Shown here: positions 26,611 to 32,000 of the stretch, one piece after another
Layout: each line of letters starts with the position of its first letter
Numbering within the stretch: the first letter of the stretch is position 1
Notes under the pieces: generated by a model
The model's input: the letters and a program-made list of their open reading frames with translations, nothing else
Databases searched by the model: none
Told to the model about the DNA's origin: nothing
From: Candidatus Baldrarchaeum yapensis
GTDB taxonomy: Archaea > Asgardarchaeota > Baldrarchaeia > Baldrarchaeales > Baldrarchaeaceae
DNA length: 32,000 nucleotides
Direction: 5' to 3'
Assembly (NCBI GenBank): GCA_016840465.1
Contig: JAEOSH010000005.1
Span: 30,001 to 62,000 of the forward strand
Position numbers and translations under genes: made by a program

Positions 26611-26722
26611 AACATGATGGGCACAGTACATGATATGCCCAGCACCTCCATACACGTAGCCGACATTGGTCCCCAACGTGGATGGAACCGCTGAAGTTCG
26701 ACTGCTGGAGGATAAACTGGAG

Positions 26723-27367
26723 ATGAGAAAAAGTCGAGAGGATCTGATAAATGTAATCCTTGTCCTAACGGAGAATATGAGGATAAAGGAGTTGGTTGAT
26801 GCTCGTCTAAGAGAATTTAAGGCAATGAAAGAAAAAAGTTCGCAGGACTGGTTCATTGAGTTGTGTTTTTGTATATTGACCGCAAATTCGTCGGCAGAGG
26901 CTGGAATACGTGCTCAATGGATGATAGGAGATGGGTTTCTGCATCTCCCCAAAGAACAGTTAAAACAGCTTATTAAGCGCGCAGGGTGTAGGTTTTACAG
27001 AAGAAAAGCTGAGTATATAGTGGTTGCACGCAAGTATGCAGATATTCTCAAACAGGAAGTTACATCTTACGATAATGAGACCGATGCTCGGGATTGGCTC
27101 GTCAAAACATTTAAAGGAATCGGCTATAAGGAGGGCAGTCACTTTCTTCGAAACGTTGGTTACGATAACGTTGCAATTCTCGATAGGCATATTCTTTCCA
27201 TTCTCACAGAGTTCTCGCTAATAGATAGTATACCAAAACACATGACTAGGAGAAGGTACTTTGAGATAGAGCGCGTGTTCATAAATTTAGCTGATAATAT
27301 CGGGATTTCACCCGCCGCACTCGACCTTTACTTGTGGTATCTAAAAACAGGCAAGATTCTTAAGTGA
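26723..27367 (+). CDS. ogg: 8-oxoguanine DNA glycosylase / N-glycosylase-DNA lyase (archaeal Ogg2 type)
   Basis: ELCFCILTANSSA, RFYRRKAEYIV, HhH KGIGYKEGSHFLRNVG, catalytic AILDRHIL, C-terminal LDLYLWYLKTGKILK. The ATG at 26723 follows GGAGG. Confidence 0.93.
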   Translation: MRKSREDLINVILVLTENMRIKELVDARLREFKAMKEKSSQDWFIELCFCILTANSSAEAGIRAQWMIGDGFLHLPKEQLKQLIKRAGCRFYRRKAEYIVVARKYADILKQEVTSYDNETDARDWLVKTFKGIGYKEGSHFLRNVGYDNVAILDRHILSILTEFSLIDSIPKHMTRRRYFEIERVFINLADNIGISPAALDLYLWYLKTGKILK

Positions 27368-27371
27368 AGAT

Positions 27372-27433
27372 GTATCAGTTGACTGTTTACTCGTCATCCA
27401 GCGCATGTCAGCAAAGGGTGTGCTCATCATCGT
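27372..27433 (-). ncRNA. C/D-box 2'-O-methylation guide sRNA (sRNA-B)
   Basis: Minus strand reads [C ATGATGA]-GCACACCCTTTG(12)-[D' CTGA]-CATGCGCTGG-[C' ATGACGA]-GTAAACAGTCAA(12)-[D CTGA]. The D guide is antisense to the conserved LSU rRNA motif GACUGUUUA. Confidence 0.9.
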
Positions 27434-27533
27434 GTCTAGAATACTCTTAAACGGTAATAAATGTTTTCCTCCGTGAGCCAGTATCAAAAGATTATTTTAG
27501 TGGAAAGGGTGAAGTGATGAGGGCGTGGCGCCG

Positions 27534-28211
27534 ATGAGGTGCCCTTACTGCGGTAACGAAATTAGTTATCCGAACGCGAGATTCTGCCCGTATTGCGGGA
27601 GAAGTCTGCCGGGGGATACTGCGGGAACGGTGGTTCAATCAGCTATTCAAATAACTCCCGGAGGGTTACTTGATCCCCGTAGATCCTTTTACATCATCCA
27701 TGAGAAGTATTGGGACATGGGATGGGGCGATATTTACGACGAGTATGGACGCATAATAGGAAAAATGGAAAGAAAAATATTATCGCTTCGTGGGGAGATA
27801 AGACTTGAGGAGTTGGACGGGCGTGTAGTTGGTAAAGTTGTGCGGAAGATTATTGCAATAAGGCCTACTTACGACTTATTGGATCCCCAAGGAAGGCTAC
27901 TGGCCCGCATGAGGAGGAAGTTATTGGCTATACTCAGGCCGGTGCTCTGGCTCGAGGATAGAAATGGGAATAAACTGTTGAAGGCACAGGGAGACTTCTT
28001 AGGCTTTAATTTCAAAATTTATGATGTTGCAGGAAGGTTAATCGCCGAAGTTAACAAATTAGACGCGTTCAAGGATTTATTTCTTGGAGGAACGATATTT
28101 GATTTCAGCGATAAATACGCGCTAAGAATATATGACCCACGGGTCAGTCGGCTCTTACTGCTGGGGTTTGTTATAGCAATAGATAATGCAGTTCATGACG
28201 TCAGAAAATAA
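27534..28211 (+). CDS. Zinc-ribbon + LURP-one/Tubby-C2 (scramblase-like) domain protein
   Basis: CPYC...ARFCPYCG zinc ribbon, then repeated beta units (DIYDEYGRIIGKMERK; GDFLGFNFKIYD..GRLIAEV) and terminal helix LLLLGFVIAID. Start is ATG 27534 or GTG 27525. Confidence 0.8.
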   Translation: MRCPYCGNEISYPNARFCPYCGRSLPGDTAGTVVQSAIQITPGGLLDPRRSFYIIHEKYWDMGWGDIYDEYGRIIGKMERKILSLRGEIRLEELDGRVVGKVVRKIIAIRPTYDLLDPQGRLLARMRRKLLAILRPVLWLEDRNGNKLLKAQGDFLGFNFKIYDVAGRLIAEVNKLDAFKDLFLGGTIFDFSDKYALRIYDPRVSRLLLLGFVIAIDNAVHDVRK

Positions 28212-28238
28212 CACTACTTGCTATGGAGAGTTGATCAC

Positions 28239-29798
28239 ATGGTATTAGATGTTCATGAAATAACAAAAGCCGCTGAAAAAGACTACGAGAGAGCCTGGAT
28301 AGAATATTCAGAAAAGATCCCAAGGGGATCTACTGGTTTTAAGTTGAAGAATAAAGCAAAGCGACATCCGGTTTTTGAAATCATACAGAAATTTAGGGAG
28401 ATATTACTAGAGATGGGATTTGAGGAGATAATATTGCCAGTAATAGTTGAGGAGGGGATTGTTTACCGGGAGTATGGGCCCGAGGCTCCAGTGATTCTTG
28501 ATAGAATTTTTTATCTGGCAACACTCCCGCGCCCGGACATAGGGATAAGTCGGGAAAAAGTTAATAAGATCAGGGAGATAGTGCCCGGGTTTGATAGGGA
28601 GGAGGAGTTAAAGAGAATATTCAGAGAATACAAGAGAGGGGGAATAGAGGCTGATGAGTTAATAGAGTATATGGTTAAGGATCTTGGAATACGGCAGGAA
28701 CAAGCGACGAAGATAATAGATGAAGTTTTTCCGGAGTTGAAAGAGTTAAAACCTATTCCCACAAAGTTGACCTTAAGGAGCCATATGACGGCACTATGGT
28801 TTCCTGTGCTGGAAGCAATGCAGTATCGTGAACCCCTACCCATTCAACTCTTCACCATAGGAGAGAAGTTTAGAAGAGAGCAAAGACTCGACGAGACTCA
28901 CCTATACTCCTCCTATACCGCGTCGTTGGTAATAATGAATGACGAATTGGGTCTTGAAGATGGAAAAAATGTATGTCGCGAGATAGTCAATCGACTTGGC
29001 TTTTCGGAGGTAGAATTTAGACTCAAAGATGTTACATCGAAGTATTATGCCGCAGGAACAGAATTTGAGGTCTTTGTCAGGCATCCCAAAACGGGAGAAT
29101 GGATAGAGATTGGAGATGGCGGAATGTATAGCCCCGTTTCTCTTGCAATGTTCAACATAGAGTATCCGGTTTTTAATGTCGGATTCGGAATAGAGAGAAT
29201 TGCGATGATAATAACGGGAGAAACTGATGTCAGAAGGCTGGTGTATCCATACTTTTACACGGAACCTCAGTTCTCACCGGAAGATTTGGCATCTATGCTC
29301 TCATTTATAAAATCACCGAAAACCAGAGAGGGCGAGATGCTTGCAAACGCAATAGTGGATGCCGCAGTAAGGCATGCTGATGAAAAAAGTCCAGCTGAGG
29401 TAGTTGCATGGAGGGGGAGAATCTTGGGAAAAAGGGTGACAGTTACGATATGGGAGAGAGATCCTGGGGTCAAATTGCTGGGGCCCGCTGCACTTAATGA
29501 GGTATGGATTGTAAATGATACAATTATAGGAGTTCCGCCTTCACAAAGACCTGAGAATGGTTACTATACGGGAATAAGATATATAGATGGAATTGCTAAA
29601 AGAGCCGCCGCAGAGGCGGAAGAGATCGTAAGGAGAGGAGAAAAGGAGTTTTCCATGAGGGTAAGGATTGTCAGAGGACTTTCTGATATAAATTTAAAGT
29701 TGCAAAAGGCGGCATTACATTACATAACATCTAAGGGCAGTAAGATAGATATAAGAGGGCCTGTGTTCGTAGGAATAACCGTAAAAGTTGATGATTGA
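28239..29798 (+). CDS. sepS: O-phosphoseryl-tRNA(Cys) synthetase (SepRS)
   Basis: HPVFEIIQKFRE..LEMGFEE, VYREYGPEAPVILDRIFYLATLPRPDIG, LRSHMT, FRREQ, WIEIGDGGMYSP, NVGFGIERIAM, LLGPAALN. Confidence 0.93.
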   Translation: MVLDVHEITKAAEKDYERAWIEYSEKIPRGSTGFKLKNKAKRHPVFEIIQKFREILLEMGFEEIILPVIVEEGIVYREYGPEAPVILDRIFYLATLPRPDIGISREKVNKIREIVPGFDREEELKRIFREYKRGGIEADELIEYMVKDLGIRQEQATKIIDEVFPELKELKPIPTKLTLRSHMTALWFPVLEAMQYREPLPIQLFTIGEKFRREQRLDETHLYSSYTASLVIMNDELGLEDGKNVCREIVNRLGFSEVEFRLKDVTSKYYAAGTEFEVFVRHPKTGEWIEIGDGGMYSPVSLAMFNIEYPVFNVGFGIERIAMIITGETDVRRLVYPYFYTEPQFSPEDLASMLSFIKSPKTREGEMLANAIVDAAVRHADEKSPAEVVAWRGRILGKRVTVTIWERDPGVKLLGPAALNEVWIVNDTIIGVPPSQRPENGYYTGIRYIDGIAKRAAAEAEEIVRRGEKEFSMRVRIVRGLSDINLKLQKAALHYITSKGSKIDIRGPVFVGITVKVDD

Positions 29799-29933
29799 GC
29801 CTCTTTCCGAAACTTAGGACTTCATAACTGTTATTTTTAAAGTCACGATTTATTACTCAGAACAAATATTTTATTGTGAGAGGTTAGATAAGGCGATGGG
29901 GCGCGTATGACTACGAGTGGGCAGGGATGAGAG

Positions 29934-30449
29934 ATGCAAGTAATGCCGATAGAGGAAATTCTGAAGATACTACTGGAGAGGTACAATAAAAATCCACGCG
30001 GATGGTCCATCCTCATCGATCCGCAAGGTAACATAATAGTAATAGGCCCAAACACAGCATACAGGCTTAAAGTGATCCCGCTTGGTCCTGGAAAGTTCAC
30101 GGGAGTTGGAGTAGCAATAGAGGAAATCGATGAAATAAGGAGTTTATTAAGGGGAGTACCGTCGTTTGGTATTCGCCCATTGACCCCAAAACACCTGAAA
30201 GTGATAGAAAAAGAACTCATCAAGAAGGGAACAATTTCATGGGAAACTCTCAGAAAACTGACGAAGACGGAGCCTGTACCCCTTAATAAGGCCATCGGGG
30301 ACTGGGCATTAATAGGTCCGGAACTTCACACAACACGACCACTGAGCGAAATAATAAAGGGGCAAAAAGAACTTGAAATGCTGTTACAAAGAGAAGCGGA
30401 TAAACTCTTTAGGGAGAGATTTCCTCATAGGGCGATGGCATATATATGA
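29934..30449 (+). CDS. Archaeal hypothetical protein (171 aa)
   Basis: Clean ORF with typical composition, own SD-like and TATA-like upstream sequence, convergent on the ARH gene. Confidence 0.75.
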   Translation: MQVMPIEEILKILLERYNKNPRGWSILIDPQGNIIVIGPNTAYRLKVIPLGPGKFTGVGVAIEEIDEIRSLLRGVPSFGIRPLTPKHLKVIEKELIKKGTISWETLRKLTKTEPVPLNKAIGDWALIGPELHTTRPLSEIIKGQKELEMLLQREADKLFRERFPHRAMAYI

Positions 30450-30457
30450 ATAATAAT

Positions 30458-31408
30458 TCACTTTGATTTTGTTTTCAGTTCCCATAGCTTTTCTCCAAGT
30501 GATTTTAGGTATTCGTAGTTTTCTAACTTTTCTAACCATCTTTGCGGGATCGCCTCAACACCATGGTACGCACCACTTATAGCTCCCGTCATCGCGCCAA
30601 TTGTATCAGCATCTCCGCCTAGGGATACCGCGTACACAACTGCGTCTTCAAAGCTTGACCAATGAAGTAGGAAAGAATATATTGCAGATGGAACCGATGT
30701 GAAGGATTCATATCCATTCCCTAACTCTTTAACAACCACATACTTATCGTTAATACCTTCTGCAAGCATCCTTCCGATCTTTTTCACTTTTTCCCTGAAA
30801 ACATCGCTTTCGCATACTAAAAGTAAATTGTCCACAAAATCTTCAACGTCTAACCGCTTTCTTGGGTCTTTTCTTACGGCAAGTGCAATTGCGGTGGCCT
30901 GTATAAGGGCACCCTCTATTCCTAGGGGATGCATGTGAGTAACGCGACTAGCATCGTATACTGCCCTTTTCAACTCTTCAAAATCATCATAGTAAAACAC
31001 CGCAACAGGAGCTATTCTCATCGCAGCGCCATTTCCATAAGATCCTTTACCATTGAAAATACTCTTGCTTGCTTCATCCCATGGAATGCCTTTCTCAATC
31101 AATCTGAATACCATGGTGGTACTAATGCCGTATCCGCGCCTCGGGTCATAATTATGCATGAAGACCTTTATTAAGTGATCTGGGTCTACTCGACCTTTTT
31201 CAATGATCGTTTCCGCAATACCTATTGCCATTTCCGTATCGTCGGTATACGAGCCTTCGGGTAGGAAGCCGGTCATCATTTCTCGTACTTCTCCGAAAAC
31301 CTCTTCTATCTTTGATGGGCTCCAGCCTTCAACCGGCATGCCAAGCGCATCACCGATAGCCGTGCCGAGAATTGATCCTATAAATTTTGACTTTAACGAG
31401 ATGGACAC
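30458..31408 (-). CDS. ADP-ribosylglycohydrolase (DraG/ARH family)
   Basis: GTAIGDALGMPVE, YTDDTEMA, GNGAAMRIAP, THMHP, GGDADTIGAMTGAISGAYHG. Confidence 0.95.
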   Translation of the reverse strand: MSISLKSKFIGSILGTAIGDALGMPVEGWSPSKIEEVFGEVREMMTGFLPEGSYTDDTEMAIGIAETIIEKGRVDPDHLIKVFMHNYDPRRGYGISTTMVFRLIEKGIPWDEASKSIFNGKGSYGNGAAMRIAPVAVFYYDDFEELKRAVYDASRVTHMHPLGIEGALIQATAIALAVRKDPRKRLDVEDFVDNLLLVCESDVFREKVKKIGRMLAEGINDKYVVVKELGNGYESFTSVPSAIYSFLLHWSSFEDAVVYAVSLGGDADTIGAMTGAISGAYHGVEAIPQRWLEKLENYEYLKSLGEKLWELKTKSK

Positions 31409-31418
31409 TTCAGGACAC

Positions 31419-32000
31419 CTATTTCTTTTTTCTCTTTCTCACATACGCGAAAACGGAAAGTGCTGCTCTTGCACCGTCACCAACGGCGCCGGATATTTGA
31501 AATATAGCATTAGATGTACAATCTCCCGCAGCGAAGACTCCCTCTATACTTGTCATTTGATTTTCGTCAACGATTATTCTTCCTCTTCCATCCAGTTTTA
31601 CGCCAGCCCTTCTAGCAAGTTCAGTTGTTGGAACAGATCCCAACGCTAAAAACACCCCATCAACATCTAAAATTGTTCTTCTCCCACTTCTGATATCTTC
31701 TATCTCTATACCGGATATTTTTTGATCTCCGAGTATTTTTAACACTTTATATCCCTCTAGAATTTCCACTTTCATTTCTTGCATGCGTGTTTTTAGCGTT
31801 TCCTCACATGTCAATTCTTCCTCGTGAGAAATTAGATATACCTTACTTGCCAGTCCGGCAAGTAATAAGGCGTCTTCTGCCGCCTCGTCACCCGATCCAA
31901 TAACTGCAACCTTTTTCCCCCTGAAAAAGAAGCCATCACATATGGCACAATAGGATAACCCCCTACCTAGGAATCTTTCCTCATCCGGTATCACGGATTT
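31419..32000 (-). CDS. trxB: Thioredoxin-disulfide reductase, C-terminal part; 5' end lies beyond the window
   Basis: GRGLSYCAICDG (CxxC), KKVAVIGSGDEA, DGVFLALG, GVFAAGDC. The frame is open to the window edge. Confidence 0.9.
   Translation of the reverse strand, partial: KSVIPDEERFLGRGLSYCAICDGFFFRGKKVAVIGSGDEAAEDALLLAGLASKVYLISHEEELTCEETLKTRMQEMKVEILEGYKVLKILGDQKISGIEIEDIRSGRRTILDVDGVFLALGSVPTTELARRAGVKLDGRGRIIVDENQMTSIEGVFAAGDCTSNAIFQISGAVGDGARAALSVFAYVRKRKKK

Noticed and set aside
26542-26856. Full 104-aa minus-strand ORF
   Set aside because: Its 5' part is antisense to ogg and Ser/Phe-rich like a shadow ORF. Only the SD-preceded last 29 codons were retained as a hypothesis.
27514-27560. 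GTGATGA...CCGA, a possible third C/D sRNA
   Set aside because: The guide is only 10 nt, there is no terminal CTGA, and it overlaps the SD and start of the LURP gene.
31257-31279. ATGATGA-12 nt-CCGA on the minus strand
   Set aside because: It is inside the ARH CDS (MMTGFLPE), with no C' or D box following.
898-31649. Numerous 60-170 aa ORFs antisense to or nested in the called genes (e.g. 2216-2656, 5199-5699, 14392-14859, 17348-17803, 22844-23278, 29843-30295, 31203-31649)
   Set aside because: They are shadows of well-supported genes, with Ser/Ile/Phe-rich reverse-frame composition, no motifs and no SDs.
1-32000. CRISPR arrays, IS/transposases, integrases, and Sec/Pyl read-through or programmed frameshifts
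   Set aside because: No periodic repeats, terminal inverted repeats or recombinase motifs were seen. The called proteins appear complete at their stops, with no split homology.

Overview
Archaeal chromosomal window, with GGAGGTGAT-type SD sites, TATA-like promoters, SepRS, ThiD-ThiN, a split GcvPA/PB and C/D-box sRNAs. The host is probably an anaerobic TACK- or Asgard-type archaeon, but the lineage cannot be fixed from the sequence alone. The content is metabolic and housekeeping. In order: partial AOR-family oxidoreductase, thiDN, M24 peptidase, a BMP-type ABC importer (4 genes), DUF362, a flavin-reductase-like protein, glycine cleavage P2/P1/T/H (no L protein), an NAD-kinase-like protein, a metallophosphoesterase, a solo ECF S component, a GNAT and a MetE-like protein. 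These are followed by a penicillin-acylase-family protein, two sHsp-related genes, a divergent Mer/MetF-like TIM barrel, an MIO-dependent aromatic amino acid lyase/aminomutase, Ogg, a Zn-ribbon/LURP-one protein, sepS, an ADP-ribosylglycohydrolase and a partial trxB. No mobile element, CRISPR array, tRNA or rRNA was seen. The best unannotated signals are: two canonical C/D-box guide sRNAs in intergenic gaps; an MIO enzyme with tyrosine-aminomutase-type rather than HutH-type motifs, preceded by a palindromic operator and a Tyr/His-rich uORF; and a Mer/MetF-like orphan. Motif comparisons and rRNA targets are from memory and need computational confirmation.
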